64,000 nt of DNA from Phormidium sp. Its GTDB lineage: Bacteria; Cyanobacteriota; Cyanobacteriia; Cyanobacteriales; Aerosakkonemataceae. The notes beneath the pieces were generated by a model. The model did no database searches, was not told the DNA's origin, and saw nothing but the letters and a program-made list of their open reading frames with translations. The first letter of the stretch is position 1, and each line of letters begins with the position of its first letter. Shown here one piece after another: positions 32,993 to 41,408 of this stretch. The stretch is taken from the NCBI GenBank assembly GCA_051013385.1, contig CP143273.1, positions 576,001 to 640,000 on the forward strand, given 5' to 3'. The translations under genes and the position numbers were made by a program.

Positions 32993-33190
32993 ATGAGAGC
33001 AGTAGTTAACGGGAAATTAGTCGATTTACCCACAGGTGCAACCGTTGAAGAACTGAGAGCCAGACTGCCGGAAATCGGCAACGATGACGTAATTGAAGAA
33101 GGATTTGGCGGAACCAAACCATTAAAGGAAACCGATGCTCTGAAAGAAGGCTCCAAAGTTTGGTCAGTTCCCAAAATTGTCAAAGGTTAA
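32993..33190 (+). CDS. Ubiquitin-like (beta-grasp, ThiS/MoaD-like) protein
   Basis: 65 aa; VVNGK..LP.GATVEEL start; ends PKIVKG with a terminal Gly; good RBS; upstream of E2 and E1. Confidence 0.8.
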   Translation: MRAVVNGKLVDLPTGATVEELRARLPEIGNDDVIEEGFGGTKPLKETDALKEGSKVWSVPKIVKG

Positions 33191-33282
33191 TTCCGAAAAC
33201 CCAGGTTACTTGAAGAACCTGCTCAATCAAGGAAACCTGGTTTATTATCCCTAGCTAAAAATCAATTTAAGGAGTAAAACTT

Positions 33283-33768
33283 ATGGCGATCGCCATCAAT
33301 TCCCATCAGTCAGCATTTCAACCCAGCGCCCGCCTAATCGCTGAACTCAAACTGCTAGAAAAACCAGCCAAAAATATCATTGTTGGCAGTAAAATAATTA
33401 GCGGCATTCAATACACAGCAGTTTTAGTTAAAGGAATGCCTCTATCTTCCCAAAAATTTACAGTATCCAACACGGACGTACTATTTTTGTTACCTCCAGA
33501 ATATCCCAGTCTGCCGCCGATTGGCTGCTATCTCAACTACCCTTGGGATACGGTAGGCGAAGGAGATCACCACTTTACTAGACAAAGTTATTACGGCGCA
33601 CCTTTCCTCAGCGAAGAAGGCTGGTATTGGTACTGCGTCGGACTTGGTGGTGGATTTAATCGGGATAAATGGCTCAATGCTTGGCGACCTAGCAATCTAC
33701 CGGAATACGGACATAATCTCGCTACCTTGTTTGTCACTGCTCGTCATGCCATTAATAGCGATGGTTAA
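33283..33768 (+). CDS. Prokaryotic E2 (UBC-fold)-like protein
   Basis: LLPPEYPSLPP (E2 P-x-x-Y-P-x-x-P-P motif), HHF, WYWYC candidate catalytic Cys, W...HNL; operon context. Confidence 0.75.
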   Translation: MAIAINSHQSAFQPSARLIAELKLLEKPAKNIIVGSKIISGIQYTAVLVKGMPLSSQKFTVSNTDVLFLLPPEYPSLPPIGCYLNYPWDTVGEGDHHFTRQSYYGAPFLSEEGWYWYCVGLGGGFNRDKWLNAWRPSNLPEYGHNLATLFVTARHAINSDG

Positions 33769-33816
33769 TGGTTATTTGTATCTTCACAAAATTACGCTTC
33801 ATTGAACTGAAAAAAC

Positions 33817-35202
33817 ATGAATAATAGCAAAAAATTACCACAAGTTTCCTTACAAGTTCCGCCTTTGATGTGGCATCAATTTAGCCAATCAATGCGACAA
33901 GCACGGAACACAAATGAAGAAACGATCGGGTTTTTCTTCTGCCAACGTCATCAAATTTCTAAGCGCCAAGTGAGATATTTTCCTAAAGCTTGGGTAGTTC
34001 CTACGCCAGATTGTTACGAAAGTCAATCAGCCAGTGGTTTAGTACTCAAACAGGAATTCCATCACTACTTACTGAACACTTATCTGTGCCAAGGATTAGA
34101 TGTGGTTCATATTCATACCCACGCTGGCAATCAAGTACCTGATTTTTCTTATGTAGACGATCGCTACGAAGCAGAATATGTCAGATTTCTCAATTCTCAC
34201 TTTCGCAAACCACCGCGATTAATTTCCGGGGTATTTGACGAATCCCTACAAAAATCAGAATTCCGTATTTGGAATAAGAAAGGAAATTCCTGTGAAAAGG
34301 TTAAGTTTTATCACTCATGGTTTGAACTGGAAGAAACTGCACCATCACCAACTGAGTGTTTCACTCTTGACACTAGATCTGAAAACTTTGATTTAATGTT
34401 TGCTCGACAAAAGGTATTTGGAGCCAGTTTTCAAAAGCAACTAAGTCAACTTACAGTCACTTTAATTGGTTGTGGGGGAATCGGAGCAATTGTAGCTGAA
34501 CAACTCGGACGTTTAGGCGTGAAAAAATGGGTATTAATTGACCCCGATCGCCTAGAAATTGTTAACCTGAACCGGATGCCGGGAGCAACTTGGCAAATGG
34601 CACAACATCAATGGTCGAAAGTAGAATATGTCAAACACCTAATCAAACAGATTTATCAAACAGGTTCTTGTGTTAAGGCTATAGCGAGTGCGATCGAAAA
34701 TGAATCTGTGCAAACAGAAATCGCCGCTACTGATTTAATCATCGTTGCCACTGACAACCACCGTTCTCGACAAATCGCGCAAGAACTAGCCCTCAAATAT
34801 GCACGTCCCTTAGTTTGTCTGGGCACCCACATTGACGTAAAACCTGATGGAGTTCCTCGAATGTACTGTCGCGTCACCGTTCCCCCACTTGGCGGTAGCT
34901 GGTGTTTAATGTGTGGTAACATCATCAACTTGCAACGAGCCGCTTTGGAGTCAGCTGCTAGTGCGATCGAACATCTCGCCCAAGGTGCAGGTTATCTCGA
35001 AGGCATCAACGATCCGGCAGTATTTTGGTTGAACGGCATTTGTGCCAGCACAGCAGTAGGTGTGATTCAGGGTATGGTTAGCGGCACTTTAAACATCGAT
35101 GCTGGTCTGGATTGGATTTACCAGTTCCCGCAATGTCAATGGCATCACACTAACACTGATTACTTAATTACACCTAATTGTTATTTTTGTGGTGCTGACT
35201 GA
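33817..35202 (+). CDS. JAB/MPN peptidase - ThiF/E1 adenylation fusion
   Basis: JAMM E...HTH...S..D (EETIG, HIHTHAG, FSYVDD); E1 GCGGIG, DPDRLEIVNLNR, ATDN, CLMC/CYFC Zn sites. Confidence 0.9.
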   Translation: MNNSKKLPQVSLQVPPLMWHQFSQSMRQARNTNEETIGFFFCQRHQISKRQVRYFPKAWVVPTPDCYESQSASGLVLKQEFHHYLLNTYLCQGLDVVHIHTHAGNQVPDFSYVDDRYEAEYVRFLNSHFRKPPRLISGVFDESLQKSEFRIWNKKGNSCEKVKFYHSWFELEETAPSPTECFTLDTRSENFDLMFARQKVFGASFQKQLSQLTVTLIGCGGIGAIVAEQLGRLGVKKWVLIDPDRLEIVNLNRMPGATWQMAQHQWSKVEYVKHLIKQIYQTGSCVKAIASAIENESVQTEIAATDLIIVATDNHRSRQIAQELALKYARPLVCLGTHIDVKPDGVPRMYCRVTVPPLGGSWCLMCGNIINLQRAALESAASAIEHLAQGAGYLEGINDPAVFWLNGICASTAVGVIQGMVSGTLNIDAGLDWIYQFPQCQWHHTNTDYLITPNCYFCGAD

Positions 35203-35518
35203 GCAATTTTTAAGCTAGGTAATACCTACCCTAGTATTGCAGGAAATATCAGGCAGAAACCAGGTTTTTCTGGATTTTACTCACCGGAAAAGTCTGGTTT
35301 TTGTTGAGTGTCTGTGAATTTTTACTTCGCAATCTCAAAGAAAAGTGGAAATTATCGGGTAGAGAATCTATTTCAGTAGATAGTAACAATAATCACGTAT
35401 TGAAATAATTTCTGAGGGGAAAAGTCAGCACATCCACAACGAACTAGAAAATCGATGGAAGACCCCGTTTCCAAGTGGATGCCAAAATTTAAGCAAGTAA
35501 ATAGGAGTCTTTAACAGT

Positions 35519-36589
35519 ATGTCGAAGCTAGTTAAGTTTAATTCCCAGTATCCGCTTACAGTCATTGAAGAAGTGAAACGGATAGTTGAGATTTCCATTG
35601 CTAATCCTAGAGAAATTGCGATCGAAAGTCCTTGGACAGTGCTAGCAGGTTTTCTGGGAACACTTGCTCCTTTGTTGCTGCCTACTTATAATCCGATTAT
35701 TTTTAGCATTGCTATAACTATATTTTTAGTGGGGATAATATTTGAGGCTAACAAATACAAAATTTACACTGAAGATGCGCTGCCAATTCCCATAGTAATT
35801 AACATTGCCAATCCAGCAAATTCCTTAGACGCACTCAACTCTTTATTTAAGATAATTGAAGCCGACCCGAAGTATCGCAATTATCGCCAAAATTTGAATA
35901 AATACTTGAGTATTACCGAAGCTGAGTTAGTTTACCAATACAAAGGGGATATTTTCGATACAGAACATCTCAAAGATTTCTTAAAAATTACTAAGCACGA
36001 CTTAGAACAAGTTAAACGTAAAACACCGCAAAACTCCATTTTCTATTTAGCTTATATTGGGCCAGCTAGTGTGGCTTTCCTGGTTGGTTCTATGTTAGCT
36101 AGAGAAGGAATGCAGCTATTTCAAAGATCCCAAGATAACAACAGTTATCAGTGTGTGATGAATGTTAAGGATCGAGCTTTAAAAGAAGATACACCTCAGT
36201 TGGAAAAATTTGCTGTAACTTATCAATGCAGTGAACCTCGCCACGATAACGTAACAATTGCGATCGATACAGCAGCGCACAAAACTAAACTCAACGACCC
36301 TAGCATTATTAATTATGGGGATATTATTGCTTTACAAAATCAGAGAGGCAATACTATCAGCTACGAAGAAGATTGGACTCAATATTGCCGAGAAATTTTC
36401 AAACTTTTGAATGAAGCACAGCAAAATTATAAAGAGATTAAGTTAGTGTATTCGATGCCTGTAAGTTTAGCGATCGCAGTTGGCATGACGATTCAACATT
36501 TTTGGAATGTTCAGTTAACTAATTACGACCCAAAAACGGGAACCTATCAAGATTTGATCAAAATGAACGAAATTATTTATCGCGGTTAA
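35519..36589 (+). CDS. 2TM-SAVED cyclic-oligonucleotide sensor/effector
   Basis: Two N-terminal hydrophobic helices; duplicated SAVED-like motifs LAYIGPASVAFLVG and LVYSMPVSLAIAVG; 23 bp upstream of cas10. Confidence 0.8.
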   Translation: MSKLVKFNSQYPLTVIEEVKRIVEISIANPREIAIESPWTVLAGFLGTLAPLLLPTYNPIIFSIAITIFLVGIIFEANKYKIYTEDALPIPIVINIANPANSLDALNSLFKIIEADPKYRNYRQNLNKYLSITEAELVYQYKGDIFDTEHLKDFLKITKHDLEQVKRKTPQNSIFYLAYIGPASVAFLVGSMLAREGMQLFQRSQDNNSYQCVMNVKDRALKEDTPQLEKFAVTYQCSEPRHDNVTIAIDTAAHKTKLNDPSIINYGDIIALQNQRGNTISYEEDWTQYCREIFKLLNEAQQNYKEIKLVYSMPVSLAIAVGMTIQHFWNVQLTNYDPKTGTYQDLIKMNEIIYRG

Positions 36590-36612
36590 ACCACTATTAT
36601 AGGAAAATTAAT

Positions 36613-38385
36613 ATGAACCCCGAACCAAAATGTTATACAGCTATTACGTTTGCTCCGGTGCAAGGTTTTATTGAAAAGTCTCGGAAACTGCGGGATTTGT
36701 ATGGTAGTTCATTTTTGCTATCGTATTTAGCAGAAGCTATTTGCAAAGCTGCCAATCAACACAGTTGCCAAGTTATATCACCTGCACTAATAAACGTTAC
36801 TCAAGGAACACCCAATCAAATCATTCTAGATGGACTATTTCACCAAGAATGTGGCAAAAAAGCTTTGAATCAAGCATGGTTAGCTGTCATCAAAACTTGT
36901 CGTGACTGGATTGAAACTAACGTCAACACTTGTGGGAATTATTATTGGCGACGAGACTGGACATCTTGGGAAAATCACGCATGGGAATTTTTTTTGGGAC
37001 AAGGGAAAACCATTGGCGAGGCGAGGGAAGCTGTTAATGAAGCCAAGCGATCGCGTGATTGGACCGCTACCAACTGGATGGGGGAAAGTTCTACTTTATC
37101 TGGGGCTGATGGTGTAGCATGGCCTGGGATGGGCAAAGGAAACCCTAAAATTACAAACCGCCACCAACAAAAGGTAGAAATTGAAACCTTTTATCAGCAG
37201 CTTAGTTATAAATTAGGTGAAGCATTTATTGAATCAGCTAACCTTACTATTGCCGAAGATAAATTATCGGAATTAACCAAAGAATATGGCGAGGCATTCG
37301 TCGATCCAGACGAAGAGTTAAGCATTCCCGAATTAGTCAAGCGACTGATCACGCATGAGGCGATCGCGAGCGAAATAGTTAGCAAGTTGAAAGAGCAAAT
37401 AGACCCAAATCTACCCCATCGGCTCAATGTTCTTGCCAAAGAATTAAAACCAAACAGCTTTACCGACATTAGCCGCAAAAAAGATAAAGATCGCGACCCC
37501 AACAAACACCCAGAGGAAAAATACTGGACAGGCTGGTTTCAGGGAGACGGCGATCGCATGGGAGATTTGCTAAAAAGATTATCCAACGATCCCAACACTG
37601 AACCTGACAAACTAAAAGAATTTAGTAAAGCCATGATGGAATGGGGAGAAAATATATTTAAACCTAGCGTAAAAACTAGCATAAAAGAAGCCAACGGTCG
37701 CACCATTTACGCAGGTGGCGATGACTTCATGGGAGTCTTTTACCGCTTGCCAGAACAAACTTTACCAAACAAACAGTTTACTCCTTTAAAGGGGCAAGAT
37801 TGCATCAGTTGGTTTTCTTCCCAGTTTCCTAACATTTGGCAACAACACAAACAGCCTATTACTGTCAGCGTGGGCTTTGTCTGGGCTGCACCAAATGTAC
37901 CCCAGCGCGATGTGTTACAACACTGTCATTTAGCAGAAAAATCAGCTAAAAATAGTGGCAAAGACCGGATCGCGATCCGTATCTTGTTTAACGGCGGCAC
38001 TCATATCGAATGGGTTTGCCCTTGGTGGTTTTTACCCGTGCTGCAACACTATCAAGATAGAGATGGTGATACTTTAAAATCTTTGCAAAAGCCAAAAGGG
38101 AATAAAACTACACCGAACTGGACGCACATTTATAACGATGTCACAATTTTAGAATCGCGCCACGCTTTCCACGGTAATACTGAAATTGCTGAAGCACTCT
38201 TTCAAATTTATTTTCCTAGTTACAAAGATTTAATTCATTCCGATAATTGGTGGGTACATTGTCACGGAGAAGGATTAAGGACGGGAATTTTGGGTCACGA
38301 CAAAGAGGATGACCGAGATATTGTTGAACTCTTTAATGATTGGTTCATTAATTTAGTAAAGGTAGGATTTCATTTATGCAGCTAA
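36613..38385 (+). CDS. cas10: Type III-B Cas10/Cmr2 without an HD domain
   Basis: Begins directly at PVQGFIEKSRKLRDL; GDGDRMG; YAGGDD cyclase motif; 590 aa. Confidence 0.95.
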   Translation: MNPEPKCYTAITFAPVQGFIEKSRKLRDLYGSSFLLSYLAEAICKAANQHSCQVISPALINVTQGTPNQIILDGLFHQECGKKALNQAWLAVIKTCRDWIETNVNTCGNYYWRRDWTSWENHAWEFFLGQGKTIGEAREAVNEAKRSRDWTATNWMGESSTLSGADGVAWPGMGKGNPKITNRHQQKVEIETFYQQLSYKLGEAFIESANLTIAEDKLSELTKEYGEAFVDPDEELSIPELVKRLITHEAIASEIVSKLKEQIDPNLPHRLNVLAKELKPNSFTDISRKKDKDRDPNKHPEEKYWTGWFQGDGDRMGDLLKRLSNDPNTEPDKLKEFSKAMMEWGENIFKPSVKTSIKEANGRTIYAGGDDFMGVFYRLPEQTLPNKQFTPLKGQDCISWFSSQFPNIWQQHKQPITVSVGFVWAAPNVPQRDVLQHCHLAEKSAKNSGKDRIAIRILFNGGTHIEWVCPWWFLPVLQHYQDRDGDTLKSLQKPKGNKTTPNWTHIYNDVTILESRHAFHGNTEIAEALFQIYFPSYKDLIHSDNWWVHCHGEGLRTGILGHDKEDDRDIVELFNDWFINLVKVGFHLCS

Positions 38386-39503
38386 CCGAATCTCATCCCC
38401 AACAGGAAACGCCAATTAATTCAGCAAAACTGCCTTTTCAATATTTGATTGTTATTGAACCGTTGGGTTTATTATATGGTAGCGCAGGCCGTTTTCTTTC
38501 CCCAGAAAACTTAGTCGGGCGCTCAGGGACTAACTTCCCTCCGAGTGCAGCTGCATTATCAGGCATATTTGCATCAGAATGGCAGGGCGATCGAACTCGT
38601 TTACCTCAACTACAACTAGCTGGCCCTTTTTGGGGGGAAATAGATCGATTACCAGATTTTTACGTTCCTCTTCCCCTACATTGCTTAATCGAAAAAGGAA
38701 AAATTAAGCATGAACTTTTTTGGGAGCCAAAATTAAAGAAATGGCAACCTAATGTCAGCGGGAAATTTGATAAAGGAGGTTGGGTAAAAATTAGTAATTG
38801 GGGAAATTGGAACCGCGAACCAATTGTCACTAAAGTTCCTTGGAAATATCAGCCACATTTACACCCCAGGTTAGAAGAAAATCAGCGGCGAGTTAAGGTG
38901 GAAACAGAACGAGAACAAGGGAGTTTATTCTTAGAAAATGGGGTACAACTAGATCCCGATCGCTGCTTAGTTTATCTGTCAAATGCCAAATTAGATTCAG
39001 GTTGGTATCGATTTGGGGGAGAAGGACATTTAGTTAATATTGAATGTCACGACATTTCACCTGAAGTCAAGCATTTACTTTCGCAACCAGTTGGAAAAAC
39101 ATTTGCCATTATAACTCCGGCAGTATGGGGGTCTAACCGCCATTCTTATAGGGAACCTATGGTGCAGAAAAATCAGGAGAAAGACAGCGAATGGATTGCT
39201 GTTTGGCAACGGGAAGCTTTACTCACTGAACGGCCGTTGCCTTTCCGTTATCGTTTGGGAAATCAGAAAGTAGAGGGAGGTGAAGAGAAACGAAACAGCA
39301 ATGAAAAGTTGCTCTCTCGCGGGCGGTATGCTATGCCTGCTGGCAGTGTTTATGTGTTAAAAGAACACCTCAATAAATCTTGGCAAGCTTGGCCGGAAGA
39401 GTGGTTTCCCAAAGAGGGTTATTACTCTTTTAAACGTTGGGGTTGTGGATTAGCACTACCGTTATCTTTAAAAGAGGAAGGTAAATCTAATGGCATACAG
39501 TGA
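38376..39503 (+). CDS. cmr3: Cmr3 (Cas5-like RAMP)
   Basis: FPPS, RFGGEGH, ITPAVW, AMPAGSVY, terminal G-loop WGCG; overlaps cas10. Confidence 0.9.
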   Translation: MQLTESHPQQETPINSAKLPFQYLIVIEPLGLLYGSAGRFLSPENLVGRSGTNFPPSAAALSGIFASEWQGDRTRLPQLQLAGPFWGEIDRLPDFYVPLPLHCLIEKGKIKHELFWEPKLKKWQPNVSGKFDKGGWVKISNWGNWNREPIVTKVPWKYQPHLHPRLEENQRRVKVETEREQGSLFLENGVQLDPDRCLVYLSNAKLDSGWYRFGGEGHLVNIECHDISPEVKHLLSQPVGKTFAIITPAVWGSNRHSYREPMVQKNQEKDSEWIAVWQREALLTERPLPFRYRLGNQKVEGGEEKRNSNEKLLSRGRYAMPAGSVYVLKEHLNKSWQAWPEEWFPKEGYYSFKRWGCGLALPLSLKEEGKSNGIQ

Positions 39504-40086
39504 TTTTACCTTAGAAAAAGTGCAGAAAGCTTTCGATTTGACTATTTCCGAAAATGTAGACCTGTTTGCCAATGTTACTCAGTTATAACCAACTCCCTTA
39601 CTTACGGAATTTTTACAAGATAATGCACAATTGGCCTTAAAAATCGATACAAAAAAAGCGTGCTCAGAAATGATTAATGCACCAATTTTGCTGGATTTTA
39701 AAAAACAATTTTCCTCGAAAATTAGCTTGTTTTCAGGAGTGGATTTCAACGTAGATTTGACACAGGGTTTAAACGGAACCTGCGACTATATCATTAGTAA
39801 TTCTCCCGAACAGTTATTCGTAAAATCCCCTGTGATTGTTTTGGTGGAGGCTAAAAAAGAAAATATTGTTGGAGGGTTAGGTCAATGCGCTTCTGAAATG
39901 TTAGCGGCTCAAATTTTTAACGAACGGGAGGGAAATGAAGTTCCAGTTATTTTAGGAGTAGTTACTTCTGGAAATATTTGGAGGTTTTTGCAATTGTCAG
40001 AGAAACAATTGAGAGTTGATGCGACCGAGTATTATCTCAAAGATGTGAGTAAAGTTTTAGGAATTTTTGCCCAAGGAGTACAATAA
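39490..40086 (+). pseudogene. PD-(D/E)XK-like hypothetical gene with an in-frame nonsense codon
   Basis: MAYSDFTLEKVQKAF from ATG 39490; TAA at 39586-39588; same frame continues to CDYII...VEAKK...GVVTSGNIWRF. Confidence 0.75.
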
Positions 40087-40968
40087 ATGTATCACAAAGC
40101 TTACGGAATTATAGAAACTTTAGCACCGCTTCATGTGGGTGCAACGGCGGGAGAAGAAACGGGAAATTCAAACTTAATTTTCCGCGATCAGTTTACGCAA
40201 ACTGGGGTTATTCCCGGTAGTTCGATTCGGGGGCGGTTTCGGGCGGATATGCGATCGCAGAACTCTGAGTTTGCAAATGAATGGTATGGGTATCCCGCAA
40301 AAGAAGGAGAAGAAAATAGCACCACAGAAGCATTAGTTAAATTTGAATATGCTTCTTTAGTATGGCTACCTGTTTTTTGTCCCGGTCAACCTGTTGTGTG
40401 GGTTACTTCACCGCGCTTACTCAAACGCTACCAAAAAATTGTCCCTGGTTCACCTACAGATCTACCCACTCCATATAGTGCTTGTCCTGAATTAAAAAAT
40501 AAGTACCAACAGCTATTTTTTAATCTAGGGTTTTTGACGTTAAAAGGCTCTTATAATTTTGACAACTGGACTGCCAACATTCCACGAAATGCTGATTTAG
40601 AAAAAGATAAGCTATTGGTTGTTTCTGATACAGATATCAGCATGATTCACGATATGGCACTTTATCGTCAAAGCCGAGTAAAACTGGAGGATGATAAGAA
40701 GAAGGTAGACGAAGAAAAGGGAGCATTCTTTAACGTAGAAGCATTACCAGAAGGAAGCATTTTAGTTTTTCCAGTTGCGTTGAAAAAAACGGGCTGGACT
40801 AAAACTACAAACTGGCAACCTTTTGGCACTGTTACCCCTCAAAAGAATTATGCTAAAGAACTTTATTTTGGCGGACTAGAATCCATTGGATTTGGTCGTT
40901 GTAAAGTAACTTTAGCTGGACACGACTTTTCTAAAAATTTATCTCAAACGGAGACAGAATCAAAATGA
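40087..40968 (+). CDS. cmr4: Cmr4 (Cas7 backbone RAMP)
   Basis: PLHVG, IPGSSIRG, FNVEALPEG, GGLESIGFG G-loop. Confidence 0.92.
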   Translation: MYHKAYGIIETLAPLHVGATAGEETGNSNLIFRDQFTQTGVIPGSSIRGRFRADMRSQNSEFANEWYGYPAKEGEENSTTEALVKFEYASLVWLPVFCPGQPVVWVTSPRLLKRYQKIVPGSPTDLPTPYSACPELKNKYQQLFFNLGFLTLKGSYNFDNWTANIPRNADLEKDKLLVVSDTDISMIHDMALYRQSRVKLEDDKKKVDEEKGAFFNVEALPEGSILVFPVALKKTGWTKTTNWQPFGTVTPQKNYAKELYFGGLESIGFGRCKVTLAGHDFSKNLSQTETESK

Positions 40969-41408
40969 CCTGGCAATCTTACGAGTTAGACCAGAAAGCA
41001 CAGGCGTTAGTGCTAAAGCATCGAGATAAGAAAAATGTTCTCAATGAATCTCATAAAATGCGAGAAGCAGTGGCTTATGGGTTGGAGAGATTTTGGGGTG
41101 AGCATTTGCGTTACAAATCTAATGGGCAAAGAGATAAAGCCGATTACTGGGAAGACACTTGGAAACAATTTGTATCGATAATGAAAACCGCTGGTATTAA
41201 TCAAATACCAGAAGGTTTAGTGGATCATCAAAAGACCAAAGACATCCAAAAAGTAGCTAATGATTTATGGAAATTTTCCAAGGAGCATCCAGATGAACAG
41301 CGAGTCGCTTTAGCAGTATTAACACAATTTTGTGACTGCATAGTTTGGTGGACACAACGGTACAAAACTAAAAAATTGAAAAATCAAAACAAGGAGAATA
41401 AATTATGA
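40965..41408 (+). CDS. cmr5: Small subunit Cmr5/Cas11
   Basis: 147-aa helical protein, YGLERFW, ATGA-coupled after cmr4. Confidence 0.75.
   Translation: MTWQSYELDQKAQALVLKHRDKKNVLNESHKMREAVAYGLERFWGEHLRYKSNGQRDKADYWEDTWKQFVSIMKTAGINQIPEGLVDHQKTKDIQKVANDLWKFSKEHPDEQRVALAVLTQFCDCIVWWTQRYKTKKLKNQNKENKL

Noticed and set aside
32993..35202. ThiS/ThiF cofactor biosynthesis genes
   Set aside because: E2-like and JAB domains are present, the Ubl lacks GG, and no thi/moa genes are adjacent
33283..36589. Canonical type II CBASS
   Set aside because: No CD-NTase is visible, and the architecture (separate E2, JAB-E1 fusion, free Ubl) differs from Cap2/Cap3
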